Assembly (NCBI GenBank): GCA_038065355.1
Contig: JBBTRC010000007.1
Coordinates: 42,333 to 106,332, forward strand
Length of the DNA stretch: 64,000 nt
Source of the DNA: Patescibacteria group bacterium
GTDB lineage: Bacteria; Patescibacteriota; Minisyncoccia; Phycocordibacterales; UBA918
Reading direction: 5' to 3'
In this document: positions 39,894 to 49,694 of the stretch, piece by piece
Layout of the letters: every line of letters starts with the position of its first letter
Position numbering within the stretch: position 1 is the first letter of the stretch
Notes under the pieces: generated by a model
What the model was told of the DNA's origin: nothing
The model's database searches: none
What the model saw: only the letters and a program-made list of their open reading frames with translations
Program-made: the position numbers and the translations under genes

Positions 39894-40026
39894 GCGGCGC
39901 TGGCGAAGCCAGGGGCGGCTCCGGTGGAGCCAGTGATGCTGCTGGCTTCGGTAGCCCGGACCATGACCAGACGCTCGGCATCCCCGGCGCCGGCGATATC
40001 TCCCACGCTGGCTAACCCAGCGCCGC
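39894..40026 (-). ncRNA. Candidate rod-shaped structured RNA, family unassigned
   Basis: Ends pair (GCGGCGCTGG/CCAGCGCCGC) with nested helices; G-U pairs favour the minus strand. Confidence 0.5.
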
Positions 40027-40063
40027 TATTTATAGCAAAAAACCACCAAACCGGAAAGGGCAG

Positions 40064-41905
40064 CTAGTTTGTCTTACGGATTGACTCTTTAATGTCAAAA
40101 CGTGGGTTGACCTTTTTGCCAGGATTGAAGATATCGTCGGGGTCGAAGATGTGCTCAGTTTTTTTGAAAATTTCCAACATGTGCGCGCTAAACATCTTGC
40201 TCAAGTGAGGAGTGCGGATAATGCCGTCGTTGTGTTCACCGCAAATGTTGCCGCCAAATTTGATGGCCGTGTTGAAAAAAACGTCGGCCATTTTTTCAAT
40301 CAACGCTGGAGTCGTTTTGTTGGTGAAATCAAGAAGAGGATAGAAGTGGAAGTGGCCATTGCCGCCGTGTCCATGTATGGCCGACTGGACGTTAAATTCT
40401 TTGAAATGACGCTTCACCTGGGCAAAAAACTTGGAAAGATTTTCCGGCGGTACTGTCATGTCCTCCAAGAAAGCGGCCGGTCGCTTTGTCTTGTCCAAAA
40501 GCTTGGATAGAGAAAAGCTGGCGCGGCGCACTTGCCAGAGCATTTCGGCTTCGTACTGATTCTTCACAACCCGCGCCCGGCCGCCTTTCGCGCTGATGCT
40601 TTTGGCGATAGTGACGGCCGGGGTCTTGGTCGTGGTCTCTTCGTCGAGCGTAATGAGGATGGTGAATTCTGGTACTTTGCCGCCGAAGCGGACGTGGTAG
40701 GTGGTATACATTGAGAACATCACCCGGTAGTACTCGGAACGCTTAATGCGGGCTTTGAAGAAGTCGGGATTTTTGAGGGCGAGTTCATAGGTGAGCGAGT
40801 CGAAAATCTCGATGTTGATAGGATTGTGCTCGAGTGCCTTTACAATCACACTGGCGGCATCGGACAGATCAAAAATAGGCACTACAATGAGCGAGGTATT
40901 TTTCTGAATCGGCAGTGCTCGCAAGGTGAGGTGCGTGATGATGCCGATAGTGCCTTGGCTACCGGAGAAAAGACGGGTGAGGTCAAACACTCCTTTGCCT
41001 TTCTTGAAAGCCTCAACGCCATTGGGCAAGACGTGCCAGAGCGAATACCCGGAAGAATTTTTTGGTGTCGGCGGCTGGCTCTTCTTTATTTCCACTTCGT
41101 TTTTGTTGATGAGTTCAAAAATCTCCCGTGCAATCCGCGCGTGTTCATGATCTTGTTTGATAAGGAGTTTAAATTCGCGGTAGGTAATGGGCTTGATGGT
41201 GTAGGTGTTGCCGTCTTTGAGCACCACATCAAGCGACTCAACCCAGTCGGCACAGTGGCCATAACGAAGCGAGTCCGGACCGGCGGCATTGTTGGCAATG
41301 GAGCCACCGATACTGCAGATATCTTTTGAAGAGGTATAAGGCGGGAGGTAGGCTTGGTGAGCCTTGAGTTTCTTTTCAACATCGCGCCACATGGCCCCGG
41401 GTTCGCAGGTGAAAATAATCTTTCCTTTCTTCTCAATCACTTCGCCGATGTGAGTGAGGTGCGCACAGACGTCGATCACAATTGAGTCGGTGAGTGAGCC
41501 ACCCGAAAGCCCAGTGCCGGCTGCCCGGGGGGTGAGTGAAAGGGAAGAGAAGCGTTTGGTTTCGCGCGCAATCACCCTGGTGGCGATTTCTACGTCGTGC
41601 CTGTTCTTAGGTTGGATCACCACTTGCGGGCGAATGCTAAAAATACTCTCGTCGGTACTGTAGGTGTCAAGTAATTTTTTGTCACTAGAAATGCCGCCGC
41701 GAAAGCCGCTCTCCCGCAGCATTTTTTCTATCAACAAATGACCAAGCGGGTTGCGCTTAAAGCCGTCGGTTACCGAAACGGCTTTCGCGGCGCGTTTTGC
41801 CTCGGCCATTTGTGTCGACGGCGAAATTACTTTTCGCTTGGCGCTTTTGCGCGTTTTTGGCTTCGGTTTAACCACAGTCATTACCTCCGAGGAACTCGTT
41901 TCCAT
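40064..41905 (-). CDS. FAD-linked oxidase (GlcD / D-lactate dehydrogenase family)
   Basis: RAAGTGLSGG, GSQGTIG, GHGGNGHFH, GEHNDG and FDPDDIFNPGK motifs. Confidence 0.9.
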   Translation of the reverse strand: METSSSEVMTVVKPKPKTRKSAKRKVISPSTQMAEAKRAAKAVSVTDGFKRNPLGHLLIEKMLRESGFRGGISSDKKLLDTYSTDESIFSIRPQVVIQPKNRHDVEIATRVIARETKRFSSLSLTPRAAGTGLSGGSLTDSIVIDVCAHLTHIGEVIEKKGKIIFTCEPGAMWRDVEKKLKAHQAYLPPYTSSKDICSIGGSIANNAAGPDSLRYGHCADWVESLDVVLKDGNTYTIKPITYREFKLLIKQDHEHARIAREIFELINKNEVEIKKSQPPTPKNSSGYSLWHVLPNGVEAFKKGKGVFDLTRLFSGSQGTIGIITHLTLRALPIQKNTSLIVVPIFDLSDAASVIVKALEHNPINIEIFDSLTYELALKNPDFFKARIKRSEYYRVMFSMYTTYHVRFGGKVPEFTILITLDEETTTKTPAVTIAKSISAKGGRARVVKNQYEAEMLWQVRRASFSLSKLLDKTKRPAAFLEDMTVPPENLSKFFAQVKRHFKEFNVQSAIHGHGGNGHFHFYPLLDFTNKTTPALIEKMADVFFNTAIKFGGNICGEHNDGIIRTPHLSKMFSAHMLEIFKKTEHIFDPDDIFNPGKKVNPRFDIKESIRKTN

Positions 41906-42002
41906 TACCATAAGTATAGCAAGACTGGTCTTTTAATGTGCTGGCTTTCCACAAAACAAAAATAGCCGCGCGAAGAAAATCGCGCGGCTTTGAAGTCAGG
42001 TG

Positions 42003-42425
42003 TTAAGCATTCGCGGCAAACGGCAGTGTCAAGACAGGATGACGCTTGATGCCAGCTACCCGCCAGTCTCCGAGTATGTCGAAGCCAAGGAACCTTTCGT
42101 TGGTGAGCGCAGGAAACTCCTCTTTGATTTCGCTCTCAAGCTTATCTGTGTAAAACTCGAGCAGGCAGGCGGAATTTTTCAGCTGTTCCCTAAGCACCCA
42201 TTGCCTGATTGCATTCTTCTCGCCGCGTAGGTTTGTGGCGTCGAAGGCGGCGTCTTTAGCAATCTGTGCACACAGAACCATCAGACACTTCGTGTACGCG
42301 CTTTGGATTGGTCCAAGAATCTCGTGTTTCTTTGGGTCCAAGGGGATTGCGTATGCTTGCACCGTGGGCACACTCGTCTTTTCGTGGGCTTCCTTGTCGA
42401 AAGCCAAAGCTTCGCTTCCACGCAT
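42003..42425 (-). CDS. Orphan protein, paralogue A of tandem triplet
   Basis: SD GGGAG; terminator at about 41964-41989; shared motifs with the next two ORFs. Confidence 0.65.
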   Translation of the reverse strand: MRGSEALAFDKEAHEKTSVPTVQAYAIPLDPKKHEILGPIQSAYTKCLMVLCAQIAKDAAFDATNLRGEKNAIRQWVLREQLKNSACLLEFYTDKLESEIKEEFPALTNERFLGFDILGDWRVAGIKRHPVLTLPFAANA

Positions 42426-42530
42426 TACTGTACTCCCAACAACTCCAATACCATTATAACTCCGTTGTGGGTGACAATCAAAAAGGTATAAAAAAGGTCG
42501 CGCGAGCGTAAGCTCGCGCGACCAACAATT

Positions 42531-43019
42531 TCAACCATTATTCGCGACCAAGACGAGCGAAGGCCGCTTTGTCTCGCTAAGGTCATCTTCCTCGTCATCG
42601 AGTCGAGGCAGAGGCGGTGCTTTCAACAAAGCGACGCGCCAACCAGACAGGACGACAAAATCATCTTCGGGGTTGAGCTTAAACTCTGTTCGAATGGCCT
42701 GTCTGGTAGTTTGCAGAGCGAGTTCAAGTATGTCTCGACGTGCCTTCAGGAGCTGGAGCACTCCCGTAAATTCGCTGGTTCCGCGCATTAGCTTGTTGGC
42801 GCGTGCCAGTATTCTCTTCGTCTCCTCTGTCTGTTCGTGAATAAGCTGACAGAGATTGCGTGACCCAATCGACAATTTTCCGAGCACCTTGTGGCGGACT
42901 GGGTTGTAAGATGCTGCTGAACCTTGGAATCGAGGATTCAATTTTCGTGACTGCACTTCTTTAAGCATCAGGTCGAGCGCTGACGAAACAACTCGTCCGT
43001 TGGTTTGGCACGCGGGCAT
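42531..43019 (-). CDS. Orphan protein, paralogue B
   Basis: TGGACA-17-TACTAT, SD CGGAG, terminator at about 42496-42523. Confidence 0.7.
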   Translation of the reverse strand: MPACQTNGRVVSSALDLMLKEVQSRKLNPRFQGSAASYNPVRHKVLGKLSIGSRNLCQLIHEQTEETKRILARANKLMRGTSEFTGVLQLLKARRDILELALQTTRQAIRTEFKLNPEDDFVVLSGWRVALLKAPPLPRLDDEEDDLSETKRPSLVLVANNG

Positions 43020-43146
43020 GGTTTTCTCCGTGTAATGTGGAAGGACAAAAGCTGGTGCAATAGTACAATAAAACCATATATTTGTCCATTATCATATAAA
43101 AAACCCGCGCGTCGCCGCGCGGGCTTGAAGTGATGAAGAAAGACCG

Positions 43147-43584
43147 CTAGAGTCCGATCACGACGCCGCGAGGGCCGATGTCGAGTAGATTCATCATGCT
43201 GGCTTTGTCCTTGTCACCTTTGAGTGAAATGGCGATTTTGTTGCCATCGACGAGTAGCATCATTCCATCTTTTCCAAGACGAGCTTGAATAGCAAGATAC
43301 ATTAGGCACTGGGTGTGTTCGACGTAATCCATGAGACAGCTGGCCTCCTTGACTCGGCGGCGGTTTTCACCAACAGTGATTGTTTCGTCTCCTTTGGTTA
43401 GTTGTTTGACTTCGCTAAAAATCTGTAAGACAAGCGAGAAAAGCCGCCGTTCCCGGTCGTTCATCTGGCCGATTATTTGCAGCTGTTCAGCAGCAAGATC
43501 GACACTTTTGATCTCAGGAAACGACGTAGGTGTTTCGAAATCGTTGCCGGTAACTGCATTGGCAAGGCGGTCAAGAAAGTCCAT
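43147..43584 (-). CDS. Orphan protein, paralogue C
   Basis: TTGACA-16-TATACT, SD GGAGG, terminator at about 43098-43123. Confidence 0.7.
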   Translation of the reverse strand: MDFLDRLANAVTGNDFETPTSFPEIKSVDLAAEQLQIIGQMNDRERRLFSLVLQIFSEVKQLTKGDETITVGENRRRVKEASCLMDYVEHTQCLMYLAIQARLGKDGMMLLVDGNKIAISLKGDKDKASMMNLLDIGPRGVVIGL

Positions 43585-43697
43585 GAAAACCTCCGTTTGG
43601 ACTGGTGGAATCTAGTACATTACAAAGAACAGAACTCATAGTATACAAAAGTAAGTTATTTTGTCAATAAAAATTTCGGTGTGGTATTCTTAGCGGC

Positions 43698-45407
43698 ATG
43701 ACCCAAAGCCAAGCGCTTGATATCCTCAAAACCGGCGCCAATATCTTCCTGACTGGCGAACCGGGCGCCGGCAAGACGCATGTGATCAACCAGTACATCG
43801 CGTGGCTCGAGGCAGCTGGGCTCCACGTCGCGGTGACGGCCTCGACCGGCATCGCCGCCACCCATATCGACGGCATGACCATTCATTCCTGGAGCGGCAT
43901 CGGCATTAAAGACACGCTGTCACCGTACGATCTGGAGTTTATTACGACCAAAGAAACGGTCGTAAAGCGAGTGCGACGCGCGCAGGTCTTAGTGATTGAC
44001 GAAATCTCTATGCTCGACGGGCGCGTGCTCGATATGGTGGATGTAGTATTGCGTACAGTCCGCCAAAAGCCGGAGGCTTTTGGCGGACTGCAGGTGGTAG
44101 TGGTTGGTGACTTCTTCCAGCTACCACCGGTCACAAAGCAAGGCGACGTTATGCGGTATGCCTTTGAGTCGCGGGCATGGGATACACTCAAGCCGCTTAC
44201 GTGCTACATCACCGAGCAGTATCGTCAGGAAGACGAACTTTTGCTCGGGCTACTGGCGTCAATCCGCCGCAATGAAATAGAAGATGATCACTACACACTC
44301 CTACAAGAGCAAACAGAAATTGCCTACGAGCAGATTGAACCAACGCGCTTATATACCCACAACGCCGATGTGGACGCGGTGAACGCCAAAAAACTCGCCG
44401 AGCTACCCGGCGCAGGAAAGATATTTGAAATGCACGGCCGTGGTCGAAAGTCTCTGATCGAAGGGTTGGTAAAAAACTGCCTATCACCCGAACGGCTCAT
44501 ACTAAAAGAAGACGCTATGGTGATGTTTACCAAAAACAATTTTGAAGCCGGCTACGTGAACGGCACGCTTGGGCGCGTGGTGGCTTTTGTGGAAGGTTCG
44601 CCAGTGGTTGAAATCGCTGACGGTACGCGCATTACAGTAGAGACGGAGTCGTGGGAGGTGGTCGAGGATAAGAAAATTCTGGCATCAATTGAGCAACTAC
44701 CGCTTCGCCTCGCCTGGGCGATTACCGTACACAAAAGCCAAGGCATGTCGCTTGACGCCGCTGAAGTTGATCTTTCAAAAGCCTTTGTGTACGGGCAAGG
44801 CTACGTGGCGCTCTCGCGGGTACGTTCGCTCGACGGTCTCAAGGTGCTCGGTATGCATCCGAATGCGCTCCAGGTTGATCCAAAAATTGTTGAACGGGAC
44901 AAAACATTCCGCGGCGATTCAGAAGCGGCAGAGGAGGCTTTTGTCGCCATGGACGAGCGGGAAGTGGCTGACATGCACGAACGGTTTGTGGTAGCCAATG
45001 GCGGAAAACTGCCGAAAGAAGGCGATATTGGGAAGCGGTCGGTGGCCGAACGGGTGCAGGCAGAAAGTACTTTTGCCCACACCAAAAAACTCCTGCTGGA
45101 GAGCAAAGCGGTGGCGCACATTGTACGCTTGCGTTCGCTCACCGAATCAACCGTCTGGGCCCACATTGAAAAGCTTGCCGCTGATGGACAGCTGGCGCTT
45201 GGCGACCTTAAGCATCTTGAGCCAGCCGACATCGACTGGAAGCGTGCGCGCAACGACTTGGACGCGGCCATGATGCAACATGGTACTCTAAAACTCAAAC
45301 CAATTTTTATCGCCTGTGGCGAAAAATATGATTACAACCACGTGCGTCTCGCCCGCACTCAGTTTTTATTAGAAGGCAAACGAGCAAAATCAGAAGATGT
45401 TTTTTGA
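43698..45407 (+). CDS. PIF1-family SF1 helicase with C-terminal HTH
   Basis: GEPGAGKT, IDEISM, GDFFQLPPV, AWAITVHKSQG and YVALSR motifs. Confidence 0.92.
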   Translation: MTQSQALDILKTGANIFLTGEPGAGKTHVINQYIAWLEAAGLHVAVTASTGIAATHIDGMTIHSWSGIGIKDTLSPYDLEFITTKETVVKRVRRAQVLVIDEISMLDGRVLDMVDVVLRTVRQKPEAFGGLQVVVVGDFFQLPPVTKQGDVMRYAFESRAWDTLKPLTCYITEQYRQEDELLLGLLASIRRNEIEDDHYTLLQEQTEIAYEQIEPTRLYTHNADVDAVNAKKLAELPGAGKIFEMHGRGRKSLIEGLVKNCLSPERLILKEDAMVMFTKNNFEAGYVNGTLGRVVAFVEGSPVVEIADGTRITVETESWEVVEDKKILASIEQLPLRLAWAITVHKSQGMSLDAAEVDLSKAFVYGQGYVALSRVRSLDGLKVLGMHPNALQVDPKIVERDKTFRGDSEAAEEAFVAMDEREVADMHERFVVANGGKLPKEGDIGKRSVAERVQAESTFAHTKKLLLESKAVAHIVRLRSLTESTVWAHIEKLAADGQLALGDLKHLEPADIDWKRARNDLDAAMMQHGTLKLKPIFIACGEKYDYNHVRLARTQFLLEGKRAKSEDVF

Positions 45408-45408
45408 T

Positions 45409-45927
45409 ATGTGGCGCCTTAGAGTAGTGCGCCGCTCTAAGCGGCGACGCACCCGCACTAAAGTTGACGCACACTATCTAGAACACAAAGAAGCGGCGCG
45501 CGAGCTTGTGCTCGCGCGCCTTGCTCACTTCAACCAATACTATGGCTTCTCTTGGAACCGCGTCTCGATCAAAAACCAACGTCGCTCGTGGGGAAGTTGT
45601 TCAGCAAAAAAGAATCTTAATTTTAATTACAAAATCCTCTTCCTGCCGCCTCACTTACAAGATTACATTGTGGTGCACGAGCTTTGTCATCTGATGCACC
45701 TGCACCATCGGCAGGATTTTTGGCACTTAGTGGCCGAGCAAATTCCTGACTACCGAAATTGCAGAAACGAAATAAAAATCATCGACCGGAGCGGCCATCG
45801 CGAGGCCGCCTTCACAGCAGTACTGGCCCGTTATCAATCGTATGCCAAAGAGCCAGCGACGCGACCGACCGGTGCGGCGACCAATTCTCCACGGTCGAGC
45901 GAATTTTCCGCACAAAATGTGGCTTGA
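45409..45927 (+). CDS. YgjP/DUF45 (M48-like) zinc metallohydrolase
   Basis: WGSCS and YIVVHELCH motifs. Confidence 0.88.
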   Translation: MWRLRVVRRSKRRRTRTKVDAHYLEHKEAARELVLARLAHFNQYYGFSWNRVSIKNQRRSWGSCSAKKNLNFNYKILFLPPHLQDYIVVHELCHLMHLHHRQDFWHLVAEQIPDYRNCRNEIKIIDRSGHREAAFTAVLARYQSYAKEPATRPTGAATNSPRSSEFSAQNVA

Positions 45928-46444
45928 GTTGGTAGTGCTTATATAGACTATTCATAAGTCCCAGATCACCAAAAGAAAACACATCCTTGCGTGCGAGCGA
46001 GAATAGCAAAAACATTTCCGCCGTCCACCGGCCAACGCCGTAGAGCTTGGTGAGCTCGGCAATGACCTCTTCGTCGGTCATATGCACGAAATTCCTTACG
46101 GGAATTTCGTGCCACACCTCCGCATTGTGTTTTAGGTACTGCGTCTTCTTTTCAGACAGTCCACAAGCTTTGAGGGTAGCAAAGTCGGCCGCGAGCACGG
46201 CCTCGGGCGTAAGTTCTTTCAGTAGCGAAACCACTCGCGCTTTTATGGAACGAGCGGCGGCCGTGCTGATCTGTTGGCTGATGATAGAGCTCACAATACT
46301 TCCAAAATACTCGGTTGGTTTTTTTGGTTGCGGGATGGCAATTGGCGCGGTTGCCTCAAGCGAATGCGCGAGCAACCGCGCCATAATCTGGTCGTTTTTC
46401 TTGAAATAGGCGAGAGCGAGAGCCGTATCAACTATTGCAGTCAT
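45812..46444 (-). CDS. alkA: DNA-3-methyladenine glycosylase II (AlkA family)
   Basis: SIISQQIS, LYGVGRWTAEM (HhH) and GDLGL motifs. Confidence 0.88.
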   Translation of the reverse strand: MTAIVDTALALAYFKKNDQIMARLLAHSLEATAPIAIPQPKKPTEYFGSIVSSIISQQISTAAARSIKARVVSLLKELTPEAVLAADFATLKACGLSEKKTQYLKHNAEVWHEIPVRNFVHMTDEEVIAELTKLYGVGRWTAEMFLLFSLARKDVFSFGDLGLMNSLYKHYQLKPHFVRKIRSTVENWSPHRSVASLALWHTIDNGPVLL

Positions 46445-46467
46445 ACCAAGTACTATATACTAGATTT

Positions 46468-47643
46468 ATGGAATTCATCGCCGCGTTTATCGCCTCTTTA
46501 GCCACGTTTTTCGGCCTCGGAAATGTAGACCAAACTCCGCCAGTCTACGTGCCGGATGTGGTAATTGAAGAGAAACTTACCGCCACAACTTCCGCGACCA
46601 CTTCGCCATCGCTACAAACTATGATTGTCGCCGGCGGGTGCTTCTGGTGCGTCGAGGCTGATTTGGAAAAAGTTGAAGGTGTAAAAGAAGTTGTGTCAGG
46701 TTACTCTGGTGGCACTACCGAACATCCGACCTATCAAGATTACAGTGCCGGCGGGCACCGCGAAGCCGTCGAGGTGACCTACGACCCAACCCAAGTTTCG
46801 TTTGAAGATATTTTGATTGTGACGATGAAAACGACCGATCCGACCGACGACGACGGCACGTTTTACGACCGTGGCGATGAGTACTCAGCCGCTTTCTATT
46901 ACGTCACTCCGGAACAAAAAACCATCATAGAAAATCTCATCAAAGAAGTGGACGAACACGGGCCTTACGACAAACCACTCGCCGTTGACGTTGAACCAGC
47001 GGCAACCTTCTGGCCGGCTGAAGACTACCATCAAGATTACTACCAAGGCACTCTGACAAAGTTAAAATACGAGTACTATCGCAACGCCTCCGGCCGCACT
47101 GCGTTTATAGAGAAGTACTGGGGAGCAAATGACCACAGTCCTCGACTGTCCTGGCGAAAAGATGAAACTGCTATCAGTAATAATAAAAAATATATGTGGA
47201 GCAACTATGTAAAACCAAACAAAGAGGAACTTAAGGCCACGTTGACTGACATCGAGTACAAAGTAACTCAAGAAGAGGGGACTGAACGAGCAGGTACGAG
47301 CGATCTCGATAAAAACTACGCTTCTGGCATCTATGTCGACATCCTTTCCGGTGAGCCGCTGTATTCTTCAAAGGATAAATATAATTCAGGCACCGGCTGG
47401 CCTTCATTTGCCAAACCAATTACTCCCGATGCGCTTACTTTGCACGAAGACAGAAAACTTTTCGCAGTCCGCACCGAGACCCGTTCGGCCATTGCTGATA
47501 ACCACCTCGGACATGTGTTTGATGATGGTCCGGCTGATAAAGGCGGCCAGCGCTACTGCATGAATGGTGCCGCGCTTCGCTTCATTCCCAAGGAGGAGAT
47601 GGAAGCTGAAGGATACGGTGACTTTCTTCAGTACGTAGAGTAG
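46468..47643 (+). CDS. msrAB: Exported peptide-methionine sulfoxide reductase MsrAB fusion
   Basis: AGGCFWC, AEDYHQDY, SGTGWPSF, HLGHVF and RYCMN motifs. Confidence 0.95.
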   Translation: MEFIAAFIASLATFFGLGNVDQTPPVYVPDVVIEEKLTATTSATTSPSLQTMIVAGGCFWCVEADLEKVEGVKEVVSGYSGGTTEHPTYQDYSAGGHREAVEVTYDPTQVSFEDILIVTMKTTDPTDDDGTFYDRGDEYSAAFYYVTPEQKTIIENLIKEVDEHGPYDKPLAVDVEPAATFWPAEDYHQDYYQGTLTKLKYEYYRNASGRTAFIEKYWGANDHSPRLSWRKDETAISNNKKYMWSNYVKPNKEELKATLTDIEYKVTQEEGTERAGTSDLDKNYASGIYVDILSGEPLYSSKDKYNSGTGWPSFAKPITPDALTLHEDRKLFAVRTETRSAIADNHLGHVFDDGPADKGGQRYCMNGAALRFIPKEEMEAEGYGDFLQYVE

Positions 47644-47689
47644 GTACAAAGACGCCCGCGATCAGAAATGGTCGCGGGCGTTTTTTCCA

Positions 47690-47965
47690 TCACCACCACT
47701 CGTCGCCGTAAACCCGCACCATTAGAGAGGCTATCCACAAACCAGCGATAAAGCAAGCAAGTATGGAAGCTCCTAGTGCGTACAGCATACGAAAATGATA
47801 GGCAATGACTGTGGGATCTGCGCTGTCTGGTCGCGGAAACTTCTCTATCAAGAGCCAGATTTGTGAGCCAGCGGCGAGCGCACACAAAGCTATGCACGCG
47901 AAGTACGCCAGACGATAGACCCATACGTACTCGAACTCGACCCGACCCCTATCCGCAATGTACAT
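47690..47965 (-). CDS. Orphan two-TM protein
   Basis: SD GGAGGT, upstream TTGACA, shared terminator at about 47651-47686. Confidence 0.55.
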   Translation of the reverse strand: MYIADRGRVEFEYVWVYRLAYFACIALCALAAGSQIWLLIEKFPRPDSADPTVIAYHFRMLYALGASILACFIAGLWIASLMVRVYGDEWW

Positions 47966-48046
47966 AATTTACCTCCAAAGCTGTCGAATCTTTATCATAT
48001 ATTAAGTGTTATGTCAACGAATTTCTGCTGTGTTAGCATATCGGGT

Positions 48047-49261
48047 ATGAAATCAAGGTTGATAGCCGCGACCATCGTGCTCGTGACATTTTTGGGGGTA
48101 TTGTTTCCAGTAACAGCTGGCTACGCGCAATCGGACGCACCCACTGTCTACATGTTTGGCCGTGACGATTGCGGTTTTTGTAAGAAACAATTTGCCTACT
48201 TGCAAAAAGAAGGCATCAACTACGAATATTTAAATGTAGTGACCGACGATGAGGCGAAGCGGCTTTACGATGAAATCACCGCCAAACACGAAATTTCAAA
48301 AGTGACGCCAGTCACGGTGATTGGTGAACGCGTCCTCGTTGGTTTTAACGGTGCAGAAACAACCGGCCAGGCGATTAAAGAGTCGATTGACGCGGCGCGC
48401 GCCTCGGATATCCGTACGCTCGAAGACCACCTGCTGCGCGCGCCGCGTCAAAGCGTCTCGGACGCTGGCAGCTGTACCGACCTCGAGTGCGAAGCTGGCA
48501 CCGGGCAGTTTGTATTTGAACTCCCGTTTCTTGGTATCGTTGATTTACAAACTTTCTCGCTGTTTACCCTATCAGCGGTGCTCGGTGTGATCGACGGTTT
48601 CAACCCGTGCGCGATGTGGGTCTTGATCACCTTTCTTGTTATTCTCTCGCAAGCTGGCAGCAAACAGAAGATGATTTTCTTGGCGGGAGTTTTCATTCTA
48701 GCCGAAGCCATCATGTACAACCTGATCCTCAATGTCTGGTACAAGACGTGGGACTTTGTCGCGCTTGATCAGTACGTCACTCCGCTCGTTGGCTTTCTGG
48801 CGCTCGGCGGGGGAGCCTTCTTCCTGTGGCGTTGGCACAAAAACAAAGATGCGACTCTGGTCTGCGATATCACCGACTTAGACACGCAAGCAAAAACTAT
48901 CAACAAACTCAAAGCCGTAGTCAGCCAACCGATCACGGTCGCGTCTATTCTGGCAATTCTTCTCATCGCCTTCTCAGTCAACATTATCGAGTTTGCCTGC
49001 TCCATTGGTATTCCACAAGCGTATACAAAGATTCTTGAATTGAACGTACTGTCATTTTTCGAACGACAGTTCTACATTTTTATCTATACGCTTGGCTACA
49101 TGGTCGACGATTTCGTTGTTTTTGGTCTGGCCATTTGGGGTTATTCAAAACTACAAGCGCACGGTGGCAAGTATGCGCAACTTTCACTCCTCATTGGCGG
49201 CATCTTGATGCTGCTTCTTGGCGCGCTTCTCATACTGAGTCCAGACGCGCTGGTGTTGTAA
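48047..49261 (+). CDS. Glutaredoxin-like domain fused to DsbD/CcdA-like membrane domain
   Basis: CGFC; IDGFNPCA; IEFACS motifs; multiple TMs. Confidence 0.85.
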   Translation: MKSRLIAATIVLVTFLGVLFPVTAGYAQSDAPTVYMFGRDDCGFCKKQFAYLQKEGINYEYLNVVTDDEAKRLYDEITAKHEISKVTPVTVIGERVLVGFNGAETTGQAIKESIDAARASDIRTLEDHLLRAPRQSVSDAGSCTDLECEAGTGQFVFELPFLGIVDLQTFSLFTLSAVLGVIDGFNPCAMWVLITFLVILSQAGSKQKMIFLAGVFILAEAIMYNLILNVWYKTWDFVALDQYVTPLVGFLALGGGAFFLWRWHKNKDATLVCDITDLDTQAKTINKLKAVVSQPITVASILAILLIAFSVNIIEFACSIGIPQAYTKILELNVLSFFERQFYIFIYTLGYMVDDFVVFGLAIWGYSKLQAHGGKYAQLSLLIGGILMLLLGALLILSPDALVL

Positions 49262-49341
49262 CAAAAAAGCCCACCGAAATGCGAACGTAATTCATTTATA
49301 GAAGTTGGTTCTAATTAAGGTGGGCTTTTTCTAGCCTACCC

Positions 49342-49587
49342 TCAAATTTTCCAAAGTTTGAATCCCGAGTAACTCGAGACAAAAGCGATGACGGGTGACG
49401 CAATTAAGAGGCGCGTCGTAAACACCGTTTCGTCGCTCAAGATGTAGATCCCGTGTTCGGGGTCAATCATGAGGACAAGTGACAAGAACGCAAAGAATGC
49501 GCCAAGCACCAACGCCGGAACTGAGAGTAGCTTGATGATGATTTTCCAAGTCGGAATCACATCACCAGTGCTAGAGATGATGGTCAT
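49342..49587 (-). CDS. Orphan two-TM protein
   Basis: TTGACA-16-TATAAT, SD AAGGAGGT. Confidence 0.65.
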   Translation of the reverse strand: MTIISSTGDVIPTWKIIIKLLSVPALVLGAFFAFLSLVLMIDPEHGIYILSDETVFTTRLLIASPVIAFVSSYSGFKLWKI

Positions 49588-49694
49588 TTCTGACCTCCTT
49601 TCAAAGGACTGTTACCAAGTAATTATACACAAATCAAAAATATTGTCAATAGTACTGGTGGGTGCTGGAAATACTATGATACATAAGTATTTAT

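Noticed and set aside
39894-40026. Assignment as SRP 4.5S RNA, RNase P or tmRNA
   Set aside because: No GNRA-capped CAGG/AGCAG helix, no GAGGAAAGUCC and no tRNA-like ends; left unassigned
41964-43667. Cassettes as an integron array
   Set aside because: The hairpins are short terminators without attC R/L box structure, genes have their own promoters and no IntI is present
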